In this document: one piece after another, positions 19,505 to 29,228 of the stretch
How the letters are laid out: each line of letters opens with the position of its first letter
Position numbering within the stretch: position 1 is the stretch's first letter
Origin: an uncultured Gammaproteobacteria bacterium
GTDB lineage: Bacteria; Patescibacteriota; Patescibacteriia; Magasanikbacterales; GWA2-37-8
Assembly: GCA_964355175.1 (NCBI GenBank)
Contig: CAYHBZ010000002.1
Location: forward strand, 396,537 to 460,536
DNA length: 64,000 nt
Direction: 5' to 3'
Made by a program: the position numbers and the translations under genes
Notes under the pieces: generated by a model
What the model saw: only the letters and a program-made list of their open reading frames with translations
Databases searched by the model: none
Told to the model about the DNA's origin: nothing

Positions 19505-20074
19505 ATGGTTGATTTCAATCCCCCGGATCCAGTGGATCCAGAGAAGAAAAAGAAGCCTTCGTCGGCTGTGGAGACAGACCACAATTGGGAAGCCTGGGCC
19601 AACGATAATTCGGTCGATGACGGCAGTCATCCTCTGCCTGGTGAAGCCGAATACGTCGGACGGTCCGACCTTCCCATGACACGGGCACAGAAAGAGCGCA
19701 TCGCCGCGATCGTAGTCGGTACGGCCTTCCTGGTGTTGGTTTTCTTTGTCATCAATTTCGCTATCGGCAACAAGCTCAAGCATTCTGAAGCGGCCTCGTC
19801 CAACGAGGCTGGCAAGCAGAGCGCTCAGGCAAGTGCCGAAGTAGAATTGAAGGCAGAAGAAGCCGCCTCAGAGCAGGATCATACGGTCTCGCTGCCGGAT
19901 CACGCTTCGCAGGAAGATGATCTGGACGATGCTCGCGCGACCATCAAGGTCGTCGGTTTGGAGAAACGGCGCGTTCGAGATCCAGAGATGGAGCGGATCG
20001 CCGCAACCATCAAGATCGTGCCACTGCGTGTCAGTCCTGTCGCGGTACCGCTTCCAGCGGCCGCTACTCAGTAG
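19505..20074 (+). CDS. High-GC bitopic membrane protein with one TM helix
   Basis: ATG at 19505, alternatively the GTG at 19499. TM helix 'IAAIVVGTAFLVLVFFVINFAI'. No family recognised. Confidence 0.5.
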   Translation: MVDFNPPDPVDPEKKKKPSSAVETDHNWEAWANDNSVDDGSHPLPGEAEYVGRSDLPMTRAQKERIAAIVVGTAFLVLVFFVINFAIGNKLKHSEAASSNEAGKQSAQASAEVELKAEEAASEQDHTVSLPDHASQEDDLDDARATIKVVGLEKRRVRDPEMERIAATIKIVPLRVSPVAVPLPAAATQ

Positions 20075-20124
20075 TAGTCAAACATACTTTGAACCTAAAA
20101 GTGTGTGAGACTCCTGAACAGGAC

Positions 20125-20238
20125 AAAAAATCCCCAAAAGGGTGTGCCGACTGAAAAGTCGGCACTACCTGCTTAATCAATAAAACATTGTTTATTGAGC
20201 AGAATAAAAAATTCACTTTGAAAGGTGGATTTTTTAAT
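20125..20238 (+). repeat. Family M1, copy b. Doubles as a convergent terminator for the minus-strand PLP-enzyme gene
   Basis: See copy a. Confidence 0.55.
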
Positions 20239-20245
20239 TAGTTTT

Positions 20246-21136
20246 TTATTGTCCGGTAATTAGGCACGCTACCGGTCCGTTAAATTTCCAATTATTTTTT
20301 ATGGCTTGATGTAATCCTGCCACGGCCAAAGCGCTGTTGGGTGAAAGTTTTATTTTTTCTGTTCTAGATGTCAGTTGTATTGCTGAGGTTATTTCTGTAT
20401 TGCCGGCTACCCAACCAAACCCACGATTTTGTTTTAACGCTTTTAGTACGGCTGGTTTTCTGAGTGCGATTTTATCCACTATCGCTGTTGCCAGAGATTC
20501 ATTTTCTATTTCACAGCGTAATTGTGAAAAATTTTGCGCCATTGGATGTACTGATGCGGTCTGTACTATATGTATCTGAATTTTTAATTTTAATTTTTTA
20601 AATCCTTCGTCGAGACCCAGAGCGGTAGTACCAGAAGAAGTCGGCACAAACACCGCGGACAGGTTTTTTATTTTGGATAATTCTTTGGCCAGTTCAAAAT
20701 ATCCAAGTAGAGCGATGTCATCGGTCGATTGACGCAGCCATAGCGCTCGATTATTTTTTTCTAACTGAAAAGCGGATTGTTTGGGTTTTTTTATTTGGGT
20801 CAGAGTGATATTTCTATCCACTAGTTTTTGTAATTTTTTTAGTTTGGCTAAATCTATTTTTTCACCCACAAAGATTTGCAGAGTAATTTTATTTTTACTT
20901 TTCTGGTTCAGTTTTTTGATATAGAACGCGCTGGCGAGAGCCGCGTTGCCGGAAGACGAAACTACAAAATCCTTTGTCCCTGTTTTGAGGTGAGCATCAA
21001 TCATGATTGGCAAAGAGCGGCCCTTGTGTGACAGTAGCGGGTGTAGATCTTCACGCTTAAAATACAGCGGCTGTGAGAGGCCGATGGTCTGGGCTAATTT
21101 GGGATGTTTGGTTTGGGGAGTGAGCATACTTGCCAA
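20246..21136 (-). CDS. PLP-dependent fold-type II enzyme (threonine synthase/TrpB-like family)
   Basis: 'SHKGRS' Lys-containing PLP motif region and glycine-rich 'VVSSSGNAALASA'. Confidence 0.5.
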   Translation of the reverse strand: MASMLTPQTKHPKLAQTIGLSQPLYFKREDLHPLLSHKGRSLPIMIDAHLKTGTKDFVVSSSGNAALASAFYIKKLNQKSKNKITLQIFVGEKIDLAKLKKLQKLVDRNITLTQIKKPKQSAFQLEKNNRALWLRQSTDDIALLGYFELAKELSKIKNLSAVFVPTSSGTTALGLDEGFKKLKLKIQIHIVQTASVHPMAQNFSQLRCEIENESLATAIVDKIALRKPAVLKALKQNRGFGWVAGNTEITSAIQLTSRTEKIKLSPNSALAVAGLHQAIKNNWKFNGPVACLITGQ

Positions 21137-21193
21137 AAGGCTAATTTTATGGTATGATTATGTTCGTTTCTCTTATATATTAATCTAATCTTT

Positions 21194-21358
21194 ATGTTAC
21201 TAGTTTGTCCAGAATGCAAGAACCAAATTGATTTGGTTTCCTACCCGGATCTAGAAGTGGGTCATGTGGTAGAATGTGAAATGTGTGGAATCACTTTAGA
21301 AGTGAACAATATGGACGGTGATCAGGTACAGGCTGGAATCGTAGACGAAGGTAAATAA
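21194..21358 (+). CDS. Small zinc-ribbon protein, LysW/ArgW-like (54 aa, absent from the ORF track)
   Basis: MLLVCPECKNQIDL...VVECEMCGITLEV, with two CxxC pairs and an acidic tail. A terminator follows at 21365-21400. Confidence 0.4.
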   Translation: MLLVCPECKNQIDLVSYPDLEVGHVVECEMCGITLEVNNMDGDQVQAGIVDEGK

Positions 21359-21364
21359 ACTTTT

Positions 21365-21400
21365 GGAAATCCCTCGACTTAGTCGGGGGATTTTTTTATT
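21365..21400 (+). terminator. Rho-independent terminator
   Basis: ggaaatccctcgacttagtcgggggattttttt. Confidence 0.55.
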
Positions 21401-21415
21401 TACAAACACTCTGTT

Positions 21416-21964
21416 TTATTCCGGGAATAATATTTTTTTGAATTCACCGAGTTTTTTATCCGCCTTTAGTTTGTTCAGATAAAATGATAGCCAATTGCGG
21501 CGCCAATCGCTGGTATAAAATTCCACGAATTCTTCAAAGGACATTTCTACCAATTTTATTTTTTCACCGTTGTCCAATTTTGGTTCGGATACTTTTTCAC
21601 AATCGTGGGCAATATATAGGTGCATATCCCAATCCATTTTTACCAAAGGCTGACAGCTATGGAAAAGTTTCCATTTTTTGCTGGCCAGTCCGGACTCTTC
21701 TTTTAATTCTCTTTTAGCGGCTTTGAGTGCCGGTTCATTTTTTTCACAGCGACCGCCTAGCAGTGATAATCCGCGTTTGATACCGGGCTGGGCTTCGTCG
21801 GCCATGATTATTTTATTACCTTTGATAGGAATTACTTGTACCGTATCCACTCGGCTAATCATTTCAAAAGTGGCGGTAGAGCCGTCAAACATTTTTTGCG
21901 GCCATTGGTAAATATCAAATATTTCTCCGGAAAATACCTTTTTGGCTTTTTTAGGTAACTTCAT
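21416..21964 (-). CDS. NUDIX hydrolase
   Basis: Nudix box 'GGRCEKNEPALKAAKRELKEESGL'. Confidence 0.6.
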   Translation of the reverse strand: MKLPKKAKKVFSGEIFDIYQWPQKMFDGSTATFEMISRVDTVQVIPIKGNKIIMADEAQPGIKRGLSLLGGRCEKNEPALKAAKRELKEESGLASKKWKLFHSCQPLVKMDWDMHLYIAHDCEKVSEPKLDNGEKIKLVEMSFEEFVEFYTSDWRRNWLSFYLNKLKADKKLGEFKKILFPE

Positions 21965-21969
21965 AAAAT

Positions 21970-23331
21970 TTATTTTATAACTTCTTCAATCATTCCGCGG
22001 AAACTATGACTGCCCATAAAGACGACAGCGTCATCTGGGCCAGGATTAGTTCTCAGGTAGTTTACCAGATCGGCATCATTTTCTATATAGCGCGTGTTGG
22101 TGTGGGTTTTGGCAATTATTTCGGCTAGTCCTGGTCCGTCTATGCTGCCTGGAGTTTTTACGGTGGTGAGGCGGGGGATTATTACTTCGTCGGCGCCATT
22201 AAAATGATTATCATATTCCGGAAAAGATTCGCTTTGGCGATTGCCGGTGTTGGGCTCAAATACGGCAAAAACTTTCCCTGGATAAATATTTTTGAGATTA
22301 TTTAAAATGGCTTGGGCCTTGGCGGGTGAGTGGGCAATATCATCATAGACATCCGCACTGTTTACAGTGGCGCCGCGTTTTTCTAGGCGTCGCTTTATTC
22401 CTTTAAAATTTTTAATTGCTTCAATGATGCGTTTTGGCTCTACTCCTAGTTCTTTGGCCATGATAAAAACCCCACAAATATTTTTAGCTGTAAAATCTCC
22501 CAGCATTGGCGAAGATAAATTAAAGTATTCGCCAAAATTTTCAATAGTAAAATCAACACTATTTTTAGTTTGGCTAATGTCTTCGTACATGTAGTTACTG
22601 TCGGTCGCGCCGTATTTTACTACCGGAGCCTTGGCGCCGGAAATTATTTTGCGAATATTTTCTTCGTCAATATTAGCGACTATCAAACCGGTTTCTGGTA
22701 CGGAAGCAATTAATTTTTCAAAGGCCTCTAAATATGATTCTTCGGTGGGGTAGACATCGGCGTGGTCCCATTTGATGCCGGTAAGCAAGAGGTGGGTAGG
22801 TTTGTAGGAAAAAAATTTGGCGCGCAGATCATCGCGACTGGTTTTGTATTCGTCACCTTCAATCACACTATATTCGCCACCCAAATCATCGGCGCTCAGA
22901 TCTAGAGAACTGGAAATCCCACCAAACATATAGGCTGGATCCAAGTTGGCTTCTTTGAGCACATAGGCGAGCATGGCGGTGGTGGTGGTCTTGCCATAAG
23001 TACCGGCACAGACGATAGAATTTTCTCTGATCAGATTTTGAGCGATTAATTCCGGATAAGAAACATGAGGAATGTTGTTCGCCAAAACATATTGCAATTC
23101 TGGATTATTGCTTCCAGCAACATTGCCCACTACTACCAAATCAGGTGTACCCATTTTTTCTGTGTGCCAGCCCGGATAGTATTCAATCTTATGTTCATTG
23201 AGGTGGGTTGAAACCGGCGGATAAAAACCAACATCACTGCCAGTGACTTTCCAACCTTTTTTCTGCCACAAAATCGCCAAGGCACTCATCCCAACTCCGC
23301 AGATACCGATAAAGTGTATGTGTTTGTTCAT
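21970..23331 (-). CDS. murC: UDP-N-acetylmuramate--L-alanine ligase (MurC) or Mpl-like Mur ligase
   Basis: 'IHFIGICGVGMSALA' N-terminus and 'GTYGKTTTTAM' P-loop. Confidence 0.6.
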   Translation of the reverse strand: MNKHIHFIGICGVGMSALAILWQKKGWKVTGSDVGFYPPVSTHLNEHKIEYYPGWHTEKMGTPDLVVVGNVAGSNNPELQYVLANNIPHVSYPELIAQNLIRENSIVCAGTYGKTTTTAMLAYVLKEANLDPAYMFGGISSSLDLSADDLGGEYSVIEGDEYKTSRDDLRAKFFSYKPTHLLLTGIKWDHADVYPTEESYLEAFEKLIASVPETGLIVANIDEENIRKIISGAKAPVVKYGATDSNYMYEDISQTKNSVDFTIENFGEYFNLSSPMLGDFTAKNICGVFIMAKELGVEPKRIIEAIKNFKGIKRRLEKRGATVNSADVYDDIAHSPAKAQAILNNLKNIYPGKVFAVFEPNTGNRQSESFPEYDNHFNGADEVIIPRLTTVKTPGSIDGPGLAEIIAKTHTNTRYIENDADLVNYLRTNPGPDDAVVFMGSHSFRGMIEEVIK

Positions 23332-23717
23332 AATTCATTTGTTGAGGCCAGTAGTTTTATTTGTTTTTTATAGATTAGTACTGGAACTAATATCACTAGC
23401 ACTGGTGTTGTCAATAAAAATATTATGTATATTATTGCTGGAAAACCTTTTAGATGTACAATGGGTAGTACAGGTAATAAAATTAAATTATACTCAAAAT
23501 TGTTAAATAACGCCTGGCCAAAAGTACATTCGTTTGATTCTTCCTTTCCCCAATCATAACAAGAGTACGTATTATTTTTATTTAAATTAGATAATTTTTG
23601 AGAGTTTTTATTTGGCCAAGAAATTATTAACGCTACTGTAAAAAATATTATTAAAAATGAGGCAAATATTTTATAAATTATAATTTCAGTTGCCGCTAAA
23701 GCCTGTTTGTTTAACAT
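23328..23717 (-). CDS. Small membrane protein, hypothetical
   Basis: Two hydrophobic helices. Overlaps its neighbours by 4 nt on each side. Confidence 0.3.
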   Translation of the reverse strand: MLNKQALAATEIIIYKIFASFLIIFFTVALIISWPNKNSQKLSNLNKNNTYSCYDWGKEESNECTFGQALFNNFEYNLILLPVLPIVHLKGFPAIIYIIFLLTTPVLVILVPVLIYKKQIKLLASTNEL

Positions 23718-24127
23718 AAAATTTTGTTTAAATCCCCATTTAAAACAGTCGGTTTCATCGCAATAATCTCTGTTTCGTAATAAGGCATTTTTGGAATTGG
23801 GTTCAAAAGATAAATTGGTTTTTTCAAAATATACGCAAAACCCATTTCTAAAAAACTATTACCGCCAATGTATCCAGGGATGTCGTGTTTTTCAATATTT
23901 AACACCAAAACTTTGTCGCATTTTTCAATTACACTCCAATGTTCGCGCATCGCGTCTTTTTCGTATTTGTGAAACAATTTTAATTTTTCTTGTTCGTCTT
24001 CACTTAGTCCCAAATATTGATTATTGAAACTAGAAGCAAACGCCTCATGTCCGGCGGCACGAAAAAAATCTTCTGCCTCTCGAGCTTTCTGTGCGTGTTG
24101 CATGCTGTGACAAATCGCTATCCTCAT
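23711..24127 (-). CDS. Nucleoside 2-deoxyribosyltransferase-like protein
   Basis: 'KCDKVLVLN...GYIGGNSFLEMGFA' pattern of this Rossmann-like family. Confidence 0.35.
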   Translation of the reverse strand: MRIAICHSMQHAQKAREAEDFFRAAGHEAFASSFNNQYLGLSEDEQEKLKLFHKYEKDAMREHWSVIEKCDKVLVLNIEKHDIPGYIGGNSFLEMGFAYILKKPIYLLNPIPKMPYYETEIIAMKPTVLNGDLNKILC

Positions 24128-24128
24128 A

Positions 24129-24830
24129 TTATTTCAACTCTTTCTTCAGGCTGGCCAAATCCGCATGCCAGCTATTACCATCAAACCACTCCAATCCAGC
24201 AAATTGCAATTTGTAAGTGTCAGTGGGGCGAGAAGCAGAGCCGAGATAAATATATTTTTTATCAGCTTCTTGCGCCAGGACTATAGCTTTGAGCATCATG
24301 CCTAGGCCTAAATTTTGGATTTTGGAATCCAAATGATAAAAAGGATAACAATAATGCAAAGTATTTTTGGTTTCCAGAGCAATACAATATCCAATAGGAT
24401 ATCCGTTGGCATGTTTATCGTCTGAATCTTTGAAAGCAATGTGTTTCAGTATCTTTATAGGAGCAAAATAATTCAGCACCCTGTTAAAATTACTTTTTTC
24501 TTTATCCGTAATCAATTCTTTTATTTTTTGAGCGGAAAAAGTTTTCTCACCAAATTTTCTGGAATAAAAATCTTTGCCAAGTTTGTGGATAGTCCAGTCG
24601 TAGTCAGGATAGGGAATAATACTAGCGCTTATTTCCACGCTCTCCACATGTTTGAGTACCCGGCGATTTTCACTATTCAGTTTAAATTTATCCAAATTAA
24701 TTCTCAAACTACGCGTCTGATACATATCACCCCTGCCAGTACGAGTAAACAAAAATCCCTCATCATAAAGAGTCTCAATATTTTTATCAGAAAAATCGTC
24801 AATGGTTTTTGTCTTCCAAGTCAGGTACAT
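24129..24830 (-). CDS. Arginyl/leucyl-tRNA--protein transferase-like (ATE/Bpt C-terminal domain-like) protein
   Basis: Weak similarity only. Start chosen at the internal Met MYLTWK. The ORF track extends to 24872, into the palindromic element. Confidence 0.3.
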   Translation of the reverse strand: MYLTWKTKTIDDFSDKNIETLYDEGFLFTRTGRGDMYQTRSLRINLDKFKLNSENRRVLKHVESVEISASIIPYPDYDWTIHKLGKDFYSRKFGEKTFSAQKIKELITDKEKSNFNRVLNYFAPIKILKHIAFKDSDDKHANGYPIGYCIALETKNTLHYCYPFYHLDSKIQNLGLGMMLKAIVLAQEADKKYIYLGSASRPTDTYKLQFAGLEWFDGNSWHADLASLKKELK

Positions 24831-24841
24831 ATTTATCAGAA

Positions 24842-25007
24842 TTATTAGACGGTATTTTTTTACATTGAACAAGCGAGGAAATAATTTGTGAGCCGTGAGG
24901 CGTGGCTAGCCCTGCTGTTTGAGGAGCCGAGCGACGAGTTCAGGGCTAGAGCCGAGTGGGTTGCAAATTATCCGAGCGGTTCACTGTAAAAAAATACCGT
25001 CTAATAA
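24842..25007. repeat. Long palindromic intergenic element, family M3, copy a
   Basis: 19 bp perfect terminal inverted repeats (ttattagacggtatttttt / aaaaaataccgtctaataa) flank a GC-richer core that is homologous to 35929-36104. Confidence 0.55.
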
Positions 25008-25028
25008 TTCGCAACTATGTAACTGTAA

Positions 25029-26141
25029 CTAGTAAAACACCGCCCAAATCCCCACAACCACCATAAAAGCATGAATAATCCAAAACCGCATCACAATCTT
25101 TTCTTCACTCCACCCCTTAAATTCAAAATGATGGTGCAACGGCGCCATTTTAAACAAGCGTTTTCCCAGCAAGCGGCGTGACATTATTTGTAAAATGACA
25201 ACCGCGGTTTCCAAATAAAAAATAAAACCAAAAAATGGAATGAATAAAGTTTTATCAATCGCGATCATATTTATCGCCAGCAATGCGCCTAATCCGAGCG
25301 ACCCCACATCGCCCATCTGAAAGCGTGCCGGTTTGACATTGAAATAAGTGTAAGCTAAAAGTGCTCCTGCCACCGTGGCATTGAGCGGTGCAAAAGCGGT
25401 GCGGCCTTCAATCCAGCTCACTACGGTAAGACCAACAAAAGTAATAATCAAAGATCCGCCAGCCAAACCATCCAGACCGTCCGCGATATTCACGGCGTTG
25501 GCCGTAAACATTACAAAGAAAATAATCAAAGGAATAATCAGCCAACTGACATCGAGGCGACCATCAAATGGTACGGCCATGGTATGCCAATGATTGTCTA
25601 ATTTAGTGTATACCCACCACGCCGCCACCGCGCCGGCGGCAAATTGTAATAATAATTTTTCATGCACCTGGACACCGCGTCCCGGATGTGAACCGAGGAT
25701 ATGAGCGAATCTTTTAAATACCGCCCATGGCAAAGTGATGATATGCCATAATCTGGTATACCAATGACGATGGACCTTGATCAGGGTAAAAGTTTGAGAA
25801 AGGGTGCGAAGACGACGCTTGGCCCCAAAAGTATTGAGCAGATCATCGGCCGCGCCGAGCAATGCGGCGATACCCATCACGCCTATTGGTACATAGGTAT
25901 ATTTACGACTCCAATTGAAAAGCATGGTGATGGCGGTGACTACTATTATTACCAGCAGCCCGCCCATTATTGGTGTGCCTACTTTTACTTGTCGGTCGCC
26001 ATAGAGAGTGAAATCATATTCAGAGCGACGGGTAATTTTGAATTTATAAAGTAATTTGGTCAGCAAGGGTGCCAACAAAAAAGAGAGGGCGCAAGCCCCG
26101 ATAAAAAACAGTAAAGATGTTTCTAAAAGACTAATAGACAT
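25029..26141 (-). CDS. mraY: Phospho-N-acetylmuramoyl-pentapeptide transferase
   Basis: 'NAVNIADGLDGLAGG' and 'MAPLHHHFE' motifs. Confidence 0.85.
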   Translation of the reverse strand: MSISLLETSLLFFIGACALSFLLAPLLTKLLYKFKITRRSEYDFTLYGDRQVKVGTPIMGGLLVIIVVTAITMLFNWSRKYTYVPIGVMGIAALLGAADDLLNTFGAKRRLRTLSQTFTLIKVHRHWYTRLWHIITLPWAVFKRFAHILGSHPGRGVQVHEKLLLQFAAGAVAAWWVYTKLDNHWHTMAVPFDGRLDVSWLIIPLIIFFVMFTANAVNIADGLDGLAGGSLIITFVGLTVVSWIEGRTAFAPLNATVAGALLAYTYFNVKPARFQMGDVGSLGLGALLAINMIAIDKTLFIPFFGFIFYLETAVVILQIMSRRLLGKRLFKMAPLHHHFEFKGWSEEKIVMRFWIIHAFMVVVGIWAVFY

Positions 26142-26190
26142 GGCTAAATATTAGCTTAAATTCAAGGAAAAATCAAGTTTTTGCGAAAAA

Positions 26191-27483
26191 CTAATCACTC
26201 CACTCCTTGGTTTGGCGCACCAATAATTTGGGAGCGTCGAGTGGTTCGGCCATCACTTCTTTGACAATTTTTTCCATGCGCATGCTCTGGGATCCTTTGA
26301 TGAGTACCACATCGCCTTGATTTAATTTTTCTTGAAGAAATTTTCCGGCCGTTTTGCTATCGGCAAAAGAGGCAATTTGATTATCATCCATTCCGGCTTC
26401 GCGCGCGGCGATAGCCGTATGTTTACTGGATTCGCCCACGGTAATCAGGAAATCTATTCCTAGTTCGGCAGTCTTTAAACCCACTTCACGATGAGTATTT
26501 TCCGTTTCTGATCCGAGTTCCAACATATCCGCCAACACCGTAATGCGTTTACCACCATCGTGGGGGGTGATTTTTGATAAAGTATAGAGCGCCGATTTTA
26601 CCGGCTCCGGACTGGAATTGTAGGTATCGTCGATGAGTAAAGTGTTTTTAATTCCATTGATAATGCACATGTGTCCAGGCAGTGGCTCTATTTTTCGAAG
26701 TGCGATAGCGGCTTCTACTACATTAATACCTAAGATATGTCCGACTGCTACCGCGGACAAAGCCGAAGGAATAAGGTGGACAGCGATTGCTCCCGGTAAA
26801 AACATCGGAACAATATTGCCGTCGTAATTTAGTTTGAAATTTAAGCCCGATGGCCAGCCGGTTTTTTCGTCGATAATAATATTGATATCAGTAGCCTGGA
26901 AAGTAGCACCATCTTTAAAACCAAAAGTGACCACTTCGGCTTTGGTGGTATTGCCATTTTGCATTACCATGTCATTGTCATAATTTAAAACCGCAAAACC
27001 ATCGCGTTGTAAATGTGAAATGATAATACGTTTTTCTTGAGCGATTTTTTTAATGGTTTTGAAAGTCTCGGTATGAGCGTGAGAAATATAAGTAAGCACA
27101 CCAATTTTACAAGGAGCAAGTTCGGTAAGGTAAGCAATATCTCCCGGTTTGTCAGCGCCCATTTCCAATACCAAAATTTCGGGATAATTTTTGTCGGTAA
27201 CGAGAAGCAGCTCAATGGCTTTTATTATCACCATTATCCAGCCGAACACTGAGCTATTTGGAGATTTTTCTACGCCAATAATTGCCAGCGGTATGCCAAT
27301 TTCGTTGTTGTAATTTTTAAAACTTTTGCGAACATTAAATTTGCTTTTCAAAACTAAATAGATTGCTTCCTTGGATGAAGATTTTCCAATCGAGCCGGTA
27401 ATGCCAATCACATCTGGATGATATTTCTGGATAATTTTTTTGGAGAGTGATCGTAGTATCAAATTTAAGAAATTTCTAAACAT
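26191..27483 (-). CDS. murF: UDP-MurNAc-tripeptide--D-Ala-D-Ala ligase
   Basis: Mur ligase P-loop 'GITGSIGKSS' and 'DDTYNSSPEP' (MurF DDSYNANP-like). Lies between ftsI and mraY. Confidence 0.75.
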   Translation of the reverse strand: MFRNFLNLILRSLSKKIIQKYHPDVIGITGSIGKSSSKEAIYLVLKSKFNVRKSFKNYNNEIGIPLAIIGVEKSPNSSVFGWIMVIIKAIELLLVTDKNYPEILVLEMGADKPGDIAYLTELAPCKIGVLTYISHAHTETFKTIKKIAQEKRIIISHLQRDGFAVLNYDNDMVMQNGNTTKAEVVTFGFKDGATFQATDINIIIDEKTGWPSGLNFKLNYDGNIVPMFLPGAIAVHLIPSALSAVAVGHILGINVVEAAIALRKIEPLPGHMCIINGIKNTLLIDDTYNSSPEPVKSALYTLSKITPHDGGKRITVLADMLELGSETENTHREVGLKTAELGIDFLITVGESSKHTAIAAREAGMDDNQIASFADSKTAGKFLQEKLNQGDVVLIKGSQSMRMEKIVKEVMAEPLDAPKLLVRQTKEWSD

Positions 27484-27499
27484 ATTCTATAGGGTTATT

Positions 27500-29227
27500 T
27501 TATTTATCATTTGGTACCGCGTAGTATTGCAGAGCAAAAGTAAGTAGATCACGAAATATTGGTAGGGTAGTCTGCTCCGCCCACTGACGCTGGGGCTCTT
27601 CATATTTTACCACCAAAACAAATTGTGGGTTAGAGGCGGGTGCAAAACCAGCAAAGGTGTGGTTGGTGCGATCCACACTATATTTGCCCGCTTCGGCAAT
27701 TTGAGCGGTACCGGTTTTGCCGGCCACATAATAGCCAGGGATCTTGGCAGCGCGGTAATGGTTTTCCACCACTGATACTAGCATACCACTAACTAACTTG
27801 GCAGTGCGAGCCGAGATTACGGATTCGGAAGTCAAAGGGGAAGTGATTTCTTTTTTCCCATCGGGATAGTGCACTTCCGAAATGATATATGGTTTTGGCA
27901 TGAGGCCTTGGTTCGCTATAGCAGAATAAGCGGAAGCGAGTTGCAATGGAGTAGCGGTGAGACCCTGGCCAAATGATCCTACGGCGGCATAGATCTGACC
28001 TTTTTTGTCCAGCGAAGAAATATCCGCACCAGATTCAGGAGATAGTTCAATGCCGGTTTTTTGGCCAAAGCCAAATTTTTTAGCGTAATCAGACAAGCGT
28101 TCGTGACCAAGTTTATCGGCCACAAACATCATCCCGGTATTTACCGAGTTTTCCAAGACCTGAGTCATATTTATAGTGCCGTAACATTTATTTTGAGCGT
28201 TGCGAATTGGGAAGCCGCCATACACGCGCACGCACGGATCGGTAAAAGTGGTGTTGGGTGAAATCAGGCCGAGGTCTATGCCGGCCGACATAGTGATAGG
28301 TTTAAAAACCGATCCTGGTTCATAAGGAGTAAAAATAGCGGTGTTGTTGTACTGTCGAATATCTTTTACTTGTGAATAATCGTTCGGATTAAAATCCGGC
28401 AGACTGCACATCGCTAGGATAGCGCCGGTCTTTGGATTCATCATTACCAGTGACGCGCTTTTGGCTTGGTATTCTTCCAAACCTTTTTGTAATAGCAAAC
28501 AAGCTTTGTATTCTAGGCTACGGTCTATGGTTAGCACTATGTCCGCGCCGTCTTGAGCGTTCACTTGAGAATGGTCTGACATGGCTACCAAACTACCAAA
28601 AGCGCCGCGTTCACCAATGGCAAAACCTTTGCGTCCGGATAAAATTTTATTCCAATAACCTTCGGTGCCGTAGCTGCCGATTTGTTCGGTGCCGCTGTCG
28701 TCTAGTCGGCAAAAGCCCAAAATTGGACCGGCTAAATTTTGTTCGGGATAATAACGGTATTCCTGTTCGTTGGCATAAATTCCCGGTAATTTTTCCGTTT
28801 TTAATTTTTCGTAAGTATCACTATCAATTTTTTTGGCAACCGGTTCGTAGAGGTCGTTACTTTTGGATAATTTTTTATTTAAAATTTCTCGATCGGTTTC
28901 TGGCAAGTTTAATATTTTTATTAATTTGTCCACGGTCATGGCTATCTCTTCCGGTTTTATATTTTTGGGTATAGCATAAATTAGATAATATTGGCGATTG
29001 ATAGCCGCCGGGAAAAGAGTTTTGGTGCGAGTATCTTGGAAAAATATTTCTCCGCGTTTGGGGTGAAGTTGTTTGTAAATTTCATGGCTGTTTAGTGCCA
29101 GAGTGTGATAATAATTATATTGTACTATTTGCAACAAAAATAATTTGATAATTATTATCAAAGCTACCGCTAAAAAGAAAACAGCGATAAAACGTAAACG
29201 GTTATCAGTTTTTTCTTTGTGCGTCAT
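27500..29227 (-). CDS. ftsI: Penicillin-binding protein 2/FtsI transpeptidase
   Basis: N-terminal TM helix. SxxK 'SVFKP', SxN and 'KTGTAQ' motifs. Confidence 0.85.
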   Translation of the reverse strand: MTHKEKTDNRLRFIAVFFLAVALIIIIKLFLLQIVQYNYYHTLALNSHEIYKQLHPKRGEIFFQDTRTKTLFPAAINRQYYLIYAIPKNIKPEEIAMTVDKLIKILNLPETDREILNKKLSKSNDLYEPVAKKIDSDTYEKLKTEKLPGIYANEQEYRYYPEQNLAGPILGFCRLDDSGTEQIGSYGTEGYWNKILSGRKGFAIGERGAFGSLVAMSDHSQVNAQDGADIVLTIDRSLEYKACLLLQKGLEEYQAKSASLVMMNPKTGAILAMCSLPDFNPNDYSQVKDIRQYNNTAIFTPYEPGSVFKPITMSAGIDLGLISPNTTFTDPCVRVYGGFPIRNAQNKCYGTINMTQVLENSVNTGMMFVADKLGHERLSDYAKKFGFGQKTGIELSPESGADISSLDKKGQIYAAVGSFGQGLTATPLQLASAYSAIANQGLMPKPYIISEVHYPDGKKEITSPLTSESVISARTAKLVSGMLVSVVENHYRAAKIPGYYVAGKTGTAQIAEAGKYSVDRTNHTFAGFAPASNPQFVLVVKYEEPQRQWAEQTTLPIFRDLLTFALQYYAVPNDK

Positions 29228-29228
29228 G

